DNA of 63,994 bases, filler included, from Octopus bimaculoides (GCF_001194135.2; 4 parts of 3 records of this genome joined end to end with filler, not necessarily neighbours in it); one strand, 5' to 3'; positions 24,530-38,014 are shown, counted from the first letter of the whole stretch. The notes: generated from the sequence alone by a model not told the origin. Translations and numbers: made by a program.

Positions 24530-27246
24530 NNNNNNNNNNTATACACATACATACCATGGGAAACAATTCTTTCAAGGGAAACAATTCTTTCAGGCTTGCT
24601 TGCAAGATCTTAGCAAAATCCCCACAATAAGATGTTTAAAATAACGCATAGGTATAGATATAACTGGAACTTCATCAGTTATGATGAGTCTTTCAGTTGA
24701 TCTGATCAACAGAACAGCCTGATTGTGAAATTAGTTGTTAAAGTTTATGTGCAATAAATTGGTTATACCTCTACAAGAGACAAAATATTAAATTTTTTTA
24801 TATAATTCCTAATATTTAATGATAAAAAAAACCCAGTAAGACAACAAATAGCTATGGGAATCCAGTAGAGGGGTCCATAAACAAAACATCCTCTCTTTGT
24901 AGCTTCTGTTGGCCTGGGCATTATTATATCAATAGTAGTGGTGAGGTTACCTTATTAAATATTTCACACTTAAACTGTTACCAATATTTTTCAGTTAATC
25001 GTACCAACGGACACGACTCGTTTCCCTTTTCCTACAAGCTCTCTTTTTTTTTTTTTCAAGGAATAGCCATGTGTTTATTTTTGGAGCTGAACAATTTCAG
25101 GATAGTACACAACACACTATACAAGCCTGTCCATTTATTGTACTATCTGAGCATGAAACCCATAGTAGCTCACATCTAAATTTTGGGTTTAATGAATGAT
25201 ATATATTTATGTTGTTGCTATTATGTTAAACTGCTGTATGTCCACTTTTGCATAATAGCAACGATATATATATGTGAATGTATGTATATGCATTCATGTA
25301 TCCACTTGAAGTACGACACTACCCCCTACTCCTCCCCTCATTGAACCCATCCTCAACTGCACTTCTTGCCTCCTCATCCATGCTACCATCTGTTCCACCT
25401 GCTCCTGCATTCACTCCCTTGATCACCAACACCTGCAAGCTTACCTTCTCCTTTCCTCTCTTTGCCCTCCACCCTTCACCTTTCATTCATTCTCTGCTTC
25501 CTTCTAGGTCTCAACTACCAACTCTTCAATTTCTTCACACACACTAAAAACTGAAAATTCCACCTCCCCCACCTTCTGTTGTTTATTACAATATATTGTT
25601 ACGATAGTGTCTTTAATAGAATGATAAAATGTTTTTTAAAAATATCAAGATAAAAAGTAAACTAAAATAAAGGTAAACAAAATGTCTTCAAATAGCAGTA
25701 TAATTTTACTTGGAGATGCTTGAACTGAATAAATTCATTCCTTACATGAGAATTTGTAGTGAAGAGTTTTGATATATGGAGTACATTATATAAATTCAAA
25801 ATTGATAACTGAGTTTACTTTACATTTAAGGTACATTAGATTACATTTAAGGACCTCTTGTGCTCCATAGAACATAAGTTGCAACTACCCCTGCCCACTT
25901 TGTTTAGAAATGTATGATTGATGACGATATACTGATCACAATATTAAATAATTAGTATTCTTTAATGTAAGTCCCAAATAAATTAAGCTAATAATGTGTC
26001 AAGTGCTTATTTATATCCTTAAATTTAGATGCAGTAGCACCCATATAGTAATGTCTTTTATCTGGTGTTGTTATTGAACTAATAAACTATATTAGTTCAA
26101 AGACATTAGGTTATTTAAAGGACATTTAGTAGGATTTACAATTACACTTATTAGGGATATTAGTTGAAGAATTATTGTTTATTGAATTAATATTATTGTT
26201 ACCATTAGAAGGGGACATAATTGTCGTATTTTCTATACTGGATTTAGATATAATATTCACATAGGATGTAGGATTGCAATTATTACTTGGATAATTAGTG
26301 TCATGTTCCCTACTACTAATCCTGTTAAATTTCTTATTGTTAGTTGTAACTATGTTATTGGCTAGATTTGGTGAGGTAGATCATGCAAGTTTCATTCTAT
26401 ATCTATTAAGTATTATATATATAAACGTGTGTGTGTGTGTGTGTAACTATCTATGTATATATACTTCCAGTATTGCATCACACTCAGATTGTAATGGCCA
26501 TTCTTGCTCTCTGACTTTTCCATGACTCGGGTAAAGGCAATGGAGAGGTTGTGTCGTAAATTTGTGAAAAAGGTGACTGGGCATTTCCCCAATTTTCAGT
26601 TCAGTTAATTGAATCTGTGCACCAAGACCTCTAAACCCTGGCAGCCAATTTCATCATTGGTGGAGGAATTTAGAACTATCAAGGCTAAAGCAGTCTGAAT
26701 ATTACTTCTATCTGAGGTTGAGAATGTCAGACACACCAACAAGACCATAAAGTGTGACAAGTGGAAACCCCAGGAAGTTGTGAAGGCAGCAGAAATGTAC
26801 TGAAAGTACCAGGATAGCCCTTCAGAAGAAAAATGATGGAGGGGAGTAAATGAATAAAAGCAATTGGAGAAGAAAAAAAAAAAAAAGAAAACAGACAAGA
26901 GATTTTTTTGGAGTGTATATATGTGAGTAGAGGTGTACAAGTGTGGGAGTATATGGGATAGTGGGGGTGATGGTGTATAAGTGTTATCATTGTGTGTGTG
27001 TGTGTGAGAAATGCTTGGAAGTGAGGGGGTGGCAGCAGGTGTGAAATAAAATGGAAGGCAAGAGGAATGGGGAAGGTGTGGTAGAAGGTACATATGTGTA
27101 AGGATATGGTCATGCAATACTGTCAGTAGAGAAGTGAAAAACAAGAGGAAAAGAAAATACAATAGTAAAAAAGAAAGGAAATAACTTTTGTGTTTAAGTG
27201 AGTGAAATGAAAATTAGTGGGGTATGTGGAGGGGCTGTGTATATAT

Positions 27247-28672
27247 CATCATTGTTTAATGTCCGCTTTCCATGCTAGCATGGGTTGGACGGTTTGACTG
27301 AGGACTGGTGAACCAGATGGCTACACCAGACTCCAATCTGATTTGGCAGAGTTTCTACAGTTGGATGCCCTTCCTAACGCCAACCACTCCGAGAGTGTAG
27401 TGGGTGCTTTTACGTGCCACTGGCACGAAGGCCAGTCAGGCAGTACTGGCAATGGCCACGCTCAAAATGGTGTATTTTACGTGCCACCTGCACGGGAGCC
27501 AGTCCAGCAGCACTGGCAACGATCNNNNNNNNNNNNNNNNNNNNNNNNNNNNNNNNNNNNNNNNNNNNNNNNNNNNNNNNNNNNNNNNNNNNNNNNNNNN
27601 NNNNNNNNNNNNNNNNNNNNNNNNNNNNNNNNNNNNNNNNNNNNNNNNNNNNNNNNNNNNNNNNNNNNNNNNNNNNNNNNNNNNNGGTATGGTTGCCAGT
27701 CATCGAATTTAGTTCGATTTTGATTTCACTTGCCTCAACAAGTCTTCGCAGGCGGAGTTTAGTCTCCAATGAAGGAAAGGTACGCATAAGTGGGCTGGCT
27801 ACACCCCTGGCAGAGGCCTTGGATTTAGGTCTCACTTGGCTTGCCAGGTCTTCTCACCCACAGTATATTTTCAAAGGTCTCGGTCAGAAGTCATCGCTTC
27901 GGTGAGGCCCAGTATTCGAAGGCCGTGCCTCACCACCTCATCCCAGGTCTTCCTGGGCCTACCTCTTCCACAGGTTCTCTCAACTGTTAGGGTGTGGCAC
28001 TTTTTCACACAGCTATCCTCATCCATTCTCGCCACATGACCATACCAGCACAATCGTCTCTCTTGCATACCACATCTGATGCTACTTAAGTCCAACTTCT
28101 CTCTCAGGGCGCTTACACTCTGTTGTGTTTGCAAACTTACATTACACATCCAGCGAAGCATACTGGCTTCATTCCTTGCGAGCCCACGCATGTCTTCAGC
28201 AGTCACGGCCCATGTTTCACTGCCATGAAGCATGGCTGTTCGTACACATGCGTCATACAGTCTGCCTTTTACTCTGAGAGAGAGACCCTTTGTCACCAGC
28301 AGAGGTAAGAGCTCTCTGAACTTTGCCCAGGCTATTCTTATTCTAGCAGCTACACTTTCAGCGCACACTCCCCCACTACTAACTTGGTCACCTAGATAGC
28401 GGAAGCTATCAACCACTTCTAGTTTTTCTCCCTGGAATGTGGCAGAAGTTGTTTTCTGCACATTTACAGTGTTTATAGCTCCTGAACATCTGCTACATAC
28501 AAAAACTAACTTCCTAGTTAACCTTCCTTTGATATTGCTGCACCTCTTATGTGTTCATAGCTTGCACTGGGTGCATCTTATAGAGTTTCTACCTACGCCT
28601 TTTCTACAGATCGAGCAAGACCATCTACCTGAAGGGGTTTGTGTTTTTTCTACCTTCCTACTTATTAGGACA
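27247..28672 (-). mobile_element. 5'-truncated RTE LINE (same subfamily as 15240-16081), antisense in intron 2
   Basis: ORF 27871-28461 reads KLEVVDSFRYLGDQ...GRGRPRKTWDEVV. The family 3' UTR and (GAT)n tail end at ~27247. Confidence 0.92.
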
Positions 28673-28830
28673 TATATATATATATATATACCTATGTTTT
28701 CATTAAGTTTTTACTGATAAATATTTTCTCAATTAGTTTAAATTAAATTAAGAATTTTGAAAATATTCTAATGCTGTTATATGTATGTGTATAATTTTAT
28801 GACCACTTATTCTTGTATTTTTTATTGCAG

Positions 28831-28940
28831 GGGATGGAGGATATGACAGGGTACGGCCTTTATCATATGCTGAAGCAGATCTTGTAATTATATGCTTTTC
28901 AGTCGCAGATCCAGATTCACTAGAACATGTCATGTCAAAG
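28831..28940 (+). CDS. RND: Rnd-like GTPase coding exon 3 (G-DGGYDRVRPLSYAEADLVIICFSVADPDSLEHVMSK)
   Basis: Acceptor tttttattgcag| and donor AAG|GTGAGT. 110 nt, phase 1 to phase 0. It contains the switch II motif YDRVRPLSY. Exon 4 (expected to begin with W) is not found before the scaffold ends at 29500. Confidence 0.93.
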
Positions 28941-29500
28941 GTGAGTTAAACAATGATTTATAATATCTGTCATACCTAAACCCAACTATTATCAACATAA
29001 CCATCTTTGACACCTATCTGAGATGAGTTATTCATAATGATTATAATTTTTCAGGTTATTAACCTGTATAAGTTATATATTTCATCTAAACACCATGTCC
29101 AGAATAATTTATAATAATGGTCTCATTGTTTTTCAATAACAGAATGAGAAAATATATTCTGTACTTGAGATAAATTAATTTACCTTTGACAGCTTATTCA
29201 TCTATACTATATATAAAACAGAGATGTGTGTGTAATCGCTTTTCACGTGAAATCGACTTCACCAAATGCTTCCATACTTGTGATGCGAGAATAATTTGAC
29301 CTCGGATAAATCTTAGGCTCTTCATTTGATTTTTTTAAATTAAAAATAAATAATATTGCTTTATATTTAAGATTCACTTCTTTAAAAAGGTTCCTCAATG
29401 TCAACTTCCGGTATTGACGTAACAACGGCAAAAAGCTTCAGTCTCTATTTTGTGTGTGAGTGAGTATGAGAGAGAGAGAGAGAGAGAGTAAATACTACAT

Positions 29501-29600
29501 NNNNNNNNNNNNNNNNNNNNNNNNNNNNNNNNNNNNNNNNNNNNTTAATTAATTAANNNNNNNNNNNNNNNNNNNNNNNNNNNNNNNNNNNNNNNNNNNN
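29501..29600. other. Artificial scaffold-joining spacer (44 N + TTAATTAATTAA + 44 N)
   Basis: An exactly 100-bp block with a palindromic six-frame-stop 12-mer. Identical blocks occur at 57223-57322 and 61791-61890. Confidence 0.95.
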
Positions 29601-31969
29601 TGATACACACAGAACAAAAAACAATAGAGAAGAGTAAAAAACACTTGCCTTTTAGTTAATTTAGTACAATTGTTTCACAGTTAAGAGTACATAATACTCT
29701 ATTCTGATCTTCAGCTAAACATTCTAATAAATTTGTTAATGTCTAAATAACTCACGTTAATTTTGACCATGTGAACATCAATACCACGTGAAGAAGACGT
29801 TAAGAAATTTATCGGCCAGTAAATTCAAAACCCCTTGCCCTAATGAATTTCAATTCAGCGTGTATCAGAAATAGTTCCGTTTAGGAAAGAGACTCGTACG
29901 AATTCCTGCGGTATAACCATCTACCCTGGGGTTATTGTTAAAATATAAGATCTTAGATCGCTATCAATCTGGAGTAATAATTTGTAGTTTTGAAATCAGT
30001 AGTTCTTTGACTGCTATTTCTGAATTCTCAGTATGTTGGAGAAGCAGGTTACTGTCAATCCCTATATATTTATGATTATGTATTTATCTATATATTTCTA
30101 TGCACACACACACACGTGCACATATATATGTATGTGTTTGTATGTCTGCGTGTGTGCATGTGTGTGCGTATGTGTGTGTGTGCGTGCGTGTGTGTGTGTG
30201 TTTGTGTGTGTGAGTGTGTGTGTGTGTGTGTGTGTGTATTACAGCTCTGGAAGTCACTGATCTAAGATCTTACGAATCAATGACAGTAGAAAGGTGGGGT
30301 TAAACAACAATAGCAATGCAGCTGTTATGCCTTTGTTTGGCCGCATAGAATAAGCAGCTACCTTTCTTTTATATCACAGCATATCGCCTAAGAAGAAGGA
30401 TACATTCGAAAAGATATCCTGTTGCTAAAAAACAAACACACACACATACAAAAAAAAAACAAAAGAAAAAAAACAAGTATTAAGTATTTCAGGACTAGAA
30501 CGTCTTTTATCAAAAGTTGCAACAACCCTGATTTACCTAAAGCGAAACAGGTATACGGACCGGAACACAATGCTAAATAATTATCAGGCATATACCAGGA
30601 ATGTATGAAAGCGCTCAAAGACTGTTACTCTGGAAAATCTTTGACTTGGAACTGTAGTTATATGACTAGAGTTCATAATTCTTATGTGCTTAACAAAAGA
30701 AGAAATCTTAGCCTTTTGATAGCTATTTCCAGTAAAAGGTGTTTGAATATATTTTCTCCTCAACTCGGCAAACATCTATAATACAGACTGGAGGCAGGTG
30801 TTTCCTCACATAAAACTCAAATAAAACACTGAAACACGTTGTGGAAATACACACACACACACACCTACACGTGTGAGTGAATGTATGCTTACATATAATT
30901 ACAAACATCAACATATATATATATATATATACATATGTATATATATGTATATATANNNNNNNNNNNNNNNNNNNNNNNNNNNNNNNNNNNNNNNNNNNNN
31001 NNNNNNNNNNNNNNNNNNNNNNNNNNNNNNNNNNNNNNNNNNNNNNNNNNNNNNNNNNNNNNNNNNNNNNNNNNNNNNNNNNNNNNNNNNNNNNNNNNNN
31101 NNNNNNNNNNNNNNNNNNNNNNNNNNNNNNNNNNNNNNNNNNNNNNNNNNNNNNNNNNNNNNNNNNNNNNNNNNNNNNNNNNNNNNNNNNNNNNNNNNNN
31201 NNNNNNNNNNNNNNNNNATATATATATATATATAGGGGGGGAGGTGCGCGTGGGGTTTAAATACCTACATATATACATGTTTGTGTTTGTGCATAAGGAA
31301 TAAAAAGTTAGGAAGGAATAAAAGGCACTAAAAAAAAGACGTAAATGAGGAGAAACAAATGTAAATGGTGGAACCTTAAACAACAGCACATTGAGATCTG
31401 TGAAACAGACACCGTTGTCCTATAGAAGCACCAAAGATCATAATGCTTCCATAAACCCGTGTCACTGAAAAGTTTACAGTGTTATATTTGAAAGCAAGTT
31501 TCTACCTGTGCAACATTCGCTTTCTTTAGCACCTTCAAGTCACTACTAACAAACACACCATCACATGTATTTGACTAGTATTAAACGACTTCTCGGTAAT
31601 CTGGCTTCGGAGTTGATGCCACGCTAAAAAAAAAAAAAAAAGAAAAGAAAGAAATCCTTGTCTACTAAAAACAGAAGTGATTGGTAATTTAGACTTCCCA
31701 CTGACTGAACAAAAGGAGAAGTGGTGAATAAGTCGGTGGTTGTACATCATACATGTTCCGTTGAGGAGTAACCGTTCTACATGCAGAAGAAAGTCTAAAA
31801 ACAAAAAAAAAGATAGATAGATAGATAGATAGATAGTTAGATAGATAGATAAATAGATAGATATGCTCGTATAAAGGAGTGTGTGGAAGTGAGAGAGAGA
31901 CAGACAGACAGACAGACAAAACTTGCTGAACGTAAACATACTCTACGCAAACATACATATGTACATACA

Positions 31970-32164
31970 TTCTTTTATTCTGTTTACTCTCTTATTCGTT
32001 TCAGTCATTTTGATTGCTGTCATGCTGGAGCACCGCCTTTAGTCAAGCAAATCGACCCCAGGATTTATTCTTTGTAAGCCTAGTACTTATTCTATCTCTT
32101 ATGCCGAACCGCTAAGTTATGGGGACGTAAACACAACAGCATCGATGTCAAGCGATGTTGGGAC

Positions 32165-32210
<46 letters not shown>

Positions 32211-32293
32211 ACACATACACACACACACACATACACACACACATACACACACATATATATATATATACGACGAGTTTCTTTCAGTTTCCGTCT
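31970..32293 (-). mobile_element. SINE family A copy running into a gap
   Basis: tttcagtcattt..catgctggagcaccgcctttagtcaagcaaatcgaccccagg..(CA)n..gacgagtttctttcagtttccgtct. Confidence 0.85.
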
Positions 32294-34178
32294 NNNNNNN
32301 NNNNNNNNNNNNNNNNNNNNNNNNNNNNNNNNNNNNNNNNNNNNNNNNNNNNNNNNNNNNNNNNNNNNNNNNNNNNNNNNNNNNNNNNNNNNNNNNNNNN
32401 NNNNNNNNNNNNNNNNNNNNNNNNNNNNNNNNNNNNNNNNNNNNNNNNNNNNNNNNNNNNNNNNNNNNNNNNNNNNNNNNNNNNNNNNNNNNNNNNNNNN
32501 NNNNNNNNNNNNNNNNNNNNNNNNNNNNNNNNNNNNNNNNNNNNNNNNNNNNNNNNNNNNNNNNNNNNNNNNNNNNNNNNNNNNNNNNNNNNNNNNNNNN
32601 NNNNNNNNNNNNNNNNNNNNNNNNNNNNNNNNNNNNNNNNNNNNNNNNNNNNNNNNNNNNNNNNNNNNNNNNNNNNNNNNNNNNNNNNNNNNNNNNNNNN
32701 NNNNNNNNNNNNNNNNNNNNNNNNNNNNNNNNNNNNNNNNNNNNNNNNNNNNNNNNNNNNNNNNNNNNNNNNNNNNNNNNNNNNNNNNNNNNNNNNNNNN
32801 NNNNNNNNNNNNNNNNNNNNNNNNNNNNNNNNNNNNNNNNNNNNNNNNNNNNNNNNNNNNNNNNNNNNNNNNNNNNNNNNNNNNNNNNNNNNNNNNNNNN
32901 NNNNNNNNNNNNNNNNNNNNNNNNNNNNNNNNNNNNNNNNNNNNNNNNNNNNNNNNNNNNNNNNNNNNNNNNNNNNNNNNNNNNNNNNNNNNNNNNNNNN
33001 NNNNNNNNNNNNNNNNNNNNNNNNNNNNNNNNNNNNNNNNNNNNNNNNNNNNNNNNNNNNNNNNNNNNNNNNNNNNNNNNNNNNNNNNNNNNNNNNNNNN
33101 NNNNNNNNNNNNNNNNNNNNNNNNNNNNNNNNNNNNNNNNNNNNNNNNNNNNNNNNNNNNNNNNNNNNNNNNNNNNNNNNNNNNNNNNNNNNNNNNNNNN
33201 NNNTATATACATATATAATAAAGGAGGCACACATTCACGCACATTGAAATAATACGTATATAAGCACTTAAGAATACCCTAAAGTACACAAATATATACC
33301 AATTATCATATACACATTGATATTCGCACGTATACATTCTTATGCGTGCACACCAACGGATATATTACTTGTCGGATGTCCACTTGGTGTTGATTAACAT
33401 AGCTGAAAAGACCAGATATGGAGACAAGGTGAAAGTGGCGGTGACAGCAGAGAAGGAGGCGGCGGCTGCAAAGGCGGCGTTACTAGTGGTTGTGGTGGTG
33501 GTGGTGGTGGTGGTGGTGATGGTGGTTATTTTGTTATTAGCGGTTGTGTGTTATGATATTGTTGGTCTTGTTGCTGCTCCGGTTGTAATAAAGTTTATGT
33601 TATTGATATTATTGTTAGCAATGATATGGTTGATCATGCAACAATTGTTAATATATTGTATTTCGTAATGAACTTTTTATTATATTACACTGGGGCATCA
33701 TTGGAGTGGCGAAAGCCATAGAGCACCAGGTTCTACAGTTTCATGTTCACACACCCTCAAACAGACTAACACACACGCACACATGCACGTACACATACGT
33801 AAGTATTTAAATGTTGCATTCGTCAACGAAAGAAGATGAGAGTACTCAATGCATAATTTAGAGTATAACTGTGTTTCATCTGAATTCTCCTGTTGACCTG
33901 AATGAAAGTTAATTCTCTGGAAAATATTATCAGTATACATATGTGTGTGTGTATGTTTGTGTGTGTGTATGTGTTTGTGTGTGTGTGATTGTGCGTGTGA
34001 ATGTGCGTGTGTGAGTTTGAATCTAACAATCTATATTCTGTGGACTGACACGTGCATTTCTCGCTTGTTAGCTGTCTTCAGTGTCAGATACCAGCAGAAG
34101 AGGCTCTGAGCAGACTCAGTAAATATTAGACCTGACCTAATTTTTGCTTATTTCCCATCCCTGATTCGCACAGTTTCT

Positions 34179-34234
<56 letters not shown>

Positions 34235-34429
34235 CACACGCACAATATATGTATGCATGTGCATGTAAGCAAACGTACACATACACACATATACACACAC
34301 ACATATACATATACATCATATATATATAAACATATATACATACATGCATACATAAATATATGCATACAAACAGGACAGAAATCATAGAAGCCAGTTGCCA
34401 TGCACACATAAATATTTGTTTGAAAATCA

Positions 34430-34760
34430 AAGCAAAAGAGGATATCTGCAGACAATTGCTTCGAAGACTCCAGGTTGTATAGCCAGACTATGAATTCATA
34501 TCTATACCAATAATAATTTTTGTTAGTAAATGCTTAAAGGAGAATCTGGATAAACTGGGATTTTCAGAATGAGAAATCGACCAGATAATTTGTACAGTAC
34601 AAGCGCAATCTGTGACTGGAACAGTAGAAATATGGAAGACTTTTCTCAAGTTCCAAACGTGAATTTGTCTGTGTTAACTACATCCAAAGGATGGAGTCTT
34701 GTATGTTTGTTGGAAACGGGCTCCCTCCTCAGTGGAAGATTTATAATAATAAAACATAAA
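34430..34760 (+). mobile_element. 3' end of a restriction-like-endonuclease (R4/Dong-like) non-LTR retrotransposon
   Basis: Read-through of stops gives FVSKCLKENLDKLGFSE*EIDQIICTVQAQSVTGTVEIWKTFLKF*, resembling R4-like C-termini from recall. A short 3' UTR ends in ttataataataa. Confidence 0.5.
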
Positions 34761-35849
34761 AGAGACATACACACATACATGCATACATACATACATACAT
34801 ACGTACATACGTACATACATAGAAAAGCAAACGAAAACTCAAATTCCTAAAACTGAAATTCGTAGATATACATATATACATGCGTACAAACACACACAGT
34901 CACACACACACACATATGTATATATACATATATTTATAAACATACATAATACATGCATACATAAATACAAACATACAGACAGAGATATATGCATACATAC
35001 AAACCTACATGCATGCATACACAGAACTTTTGAACTTTGTGTACGCAGAACTTTTGAAAATCGTGAAATTATGAGACTAGTGCAATAAATGGATATAAGT
35101 CTTCTTAAACGCTCCAAGTTCACTCTCAGTTTATATTTCTTGCACAGAATCACACACATGTGTATGTATGTATGTATGTATGTATGCTCACGATTGATAT
35201 GCATTTGATCATAGGCTTTCTCAGTTATGTCTAACGTGGGACTAAAGAACATTATTATCAGCGACATTAAGACATTAACACCAGTATTAATATGACACCA
35301 GACATCGCTGATCCAGTTTCAGTATCTGATTGTAACAAATTCAATTATTTGAACTGAAAAATAGCATCAAATCACACATTTACTTAAGCTGGTGTTAGAG
35401 TGGCATCCTGGCATCCATGAAATTATCATATTTCTGAAGAATATTGTTGATGTCATTATTGATATAATTATTATTGCCCTCGTTGTTTTGTGATATTCAT
35501 ATGTATGCTTCCATGTTTAATTATTGTCAAGGGTTACGAGAAATGATATAGATTTTAGTGCGCTGGGGAAGATATGTTTAACGATTATACATTTACGAAT
35601 AGATAACATCGTATTTATGGCTTAATATCTTTGTTCGTGTGTGTGTTTGTCTGTGTGTATGTACAAAATACACACATGCATACACTTCTTCACTGGAGCA
35701 ATATAGCCGAATGTTTAAAATCGTTTCGTAATTCTGAGATTCTGGATTCGATCCTGCTGCATAATATCTCGGTCACGTGTCATTTTCTATGACCTTGCGT
35801 CAATCCATACATGAGTGAAATTGAGTAGATGTAGACTATTTGAAAGTCT

Positions 35850-36200
35850 GTCGGATGTATTTTACCAAAGATTTACAGGGCCAGCCTTTTCATACAATGT
35901 GAATATTATATGAAGTTATCGATCCAGGGAAAGGAGATTTGAACAGTTCATAAGCTGAGAGTTTCGATATAAGATCATCATGCCAGACACGATAAAAACT
36001 CTTCGCTGATGTCGAAAGCAACAATATTACTTTCAATAAATTCCTTCAAAGCAAGAGTTCACTCTTGATCAACAGAGGGGACTAGATCACCAATGGATCA
36101 TATTGTACGTGAACTGCCTTGAAACATGATGAAACATCGGGACAATTTAATACTATTTCTGAATTCATAAACTCCTTAAATTTGTAAGTGATCACCTTTC
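35850..36200 (-). mobile_element. Decayed CR1/Jockey-type LINE RT fragment
   Basis: QY..SIGDLV..TLALKEFIESNIVAFDISE(F)YRVWHDDLISKLSAY, corresponding to the AxDISKAFDRVWH motif, with frameshifts. Confidence 0.65.
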
Positions 36201-36552
36201 AAACTAAAGCAGTGATAATTACATTTACAAGAAGGTTGACAATATTCGTTTTAGCAATGAAAATTTCAAAGCTATAAAGAGAATACACATTCAAATGTAT
36301 AGGCAATGCACACAGAACAATATTAATTTCATACATGCCAGTGCCTTTAAAATTTGATATCGCTCCAATAATGATCATTTTTTAAACTGCTGATGAAGGT
36401 ATGATTCTATGTAAAACTTAACATGTATATTTCCGCTAGAAATATGGATCCGTGTCCGGGGAAATTTGTCCAATATTTAGGTTAATGTTAGTGTATATGT
36501 CTTGATTTTCCATCTGCCATGTGTGTGTGTGTGTGTGCGTGTGTGTGTGTGT

Positions 36553-36588
<36 letters not shown>

Positions 36589-37082
36589 GCCTTTGTGTGT
36601 GTGTGCTTTTATGTGTGCGTGTGCCTTTGATTTAAGCAATTGCATAGAAATATTCTCGCTGTCTGCGAAATATTTCACACATATCTCTTTCTCTCTCTCC
36701 CCCCCTCTCTCTCTCTCTCTCTCTCCCTCTTTCTCTCTCTCTCTTTCTCTCTCTATTTCACTCTCCCTTCCTCTCTCACCCACTCACTCTCTCTCCCTCC
36801 CTCCATCCGTCTCTCTCCCTCCTTCTCTCTCTCTATCTCTTTCTCTCTTCCTCTATGAACTTGCGTTTCTATGTTCGCATGTGCGTGTGAGTTTTTATTT
36901 GTGTGTATAAATTCACCGGTTAACACGATCGTTACTTGTTCCTTGCAAGTAAAGTTCCATAGTCATCTACTAATTCTTTAATAAAAATCAGCATTTTTGC
37001 CTGAATATATTTAAAGAAATTAAGTTAGAGAGAAACTTGAAAATCAAAGGTACATTTTCATTTCCATCATTACCACTGATCC

Positions 37083-37099
37083 TGCTACTGCTGATGATG

Positions 37100-37141
<42 letters not shown>

Positions 37142-37300
37142 GCAACAACAACAACAGCAGCAGCAGCAGCAGTAACCATAAGAGCATCAAAGCAAACCGC
37201 AGCACATAGCCAATGTATACACCGCTGCGCTCGGTAGTGAAATGAAAGCACGTTATAAAAATAAAACTAGTGAATAATAATGATATTATTAATAATAATA

Positions 37301-37356
<56 letters not shown>

Positions 37357-37614
37357 AAAAATAAAGAAATGTTCCCTGTATTGGGGAATGTTTTTTTTTT
37401 ATCACTTTACTTATTAATTTTAATCATTGTATTGTTTACACATGTATATATAAATAATAAATACCGTTTATCTTTGCATTCTCCTATATGGTATTTGGGC
37501 CCTGGAGGCCAATGAAGTATTGTTATTAAGGTTGTTGTAGCTGTTACTATCAACATTACTGTTGTTGTTGTTGTTGCTTTTATTATTATTGCTATTATTA
37601 TTATTATTATTATA

Positions 37615-37667
<53 letters not shown>

Positions 37668-37973
37668 ACTGTTGTTGTTGTTGTTGGTGGTGGTGGCCAG
37701 CATTGTTCAGAATTTAGAATGGACTTGTTGTGTATGTGGCTTCTTTCTTGCAGGGTTTCATTGAAACGGGGTCAACAAAGGACTTATGCATGTGTGACCT
37801 TCATTTGGGATCGGAGACATTTCAAAATTCCTTGAATTTTTTCAAAAGGAGTCAATTTTTCTTTTATATTCTTTTATCCTTTAAAGTAGTCTGAGCTATT
37901 TTTGCTGTAACAATACACTTTGTGTCATACATCCTCGTATTCTCATTCCACTTTCATCATAATCTTAATCTTG

Positions 37974-38014
<41 letters not shown>

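Noticed and set aside
28941-29500. Search for Rnd exon 4 (W..E...CP...ILVGCK.DLR)
   Set aside because: There is no acceptor followed by such a frame. The scaffold ends first, so absence here is not evidence of gene loss.
37754-37890. Exon after the strong acceptor ttctttcttgcag at 37753
   Set aside because: There is no convincing donor and the open frames give no recognisable peptide.
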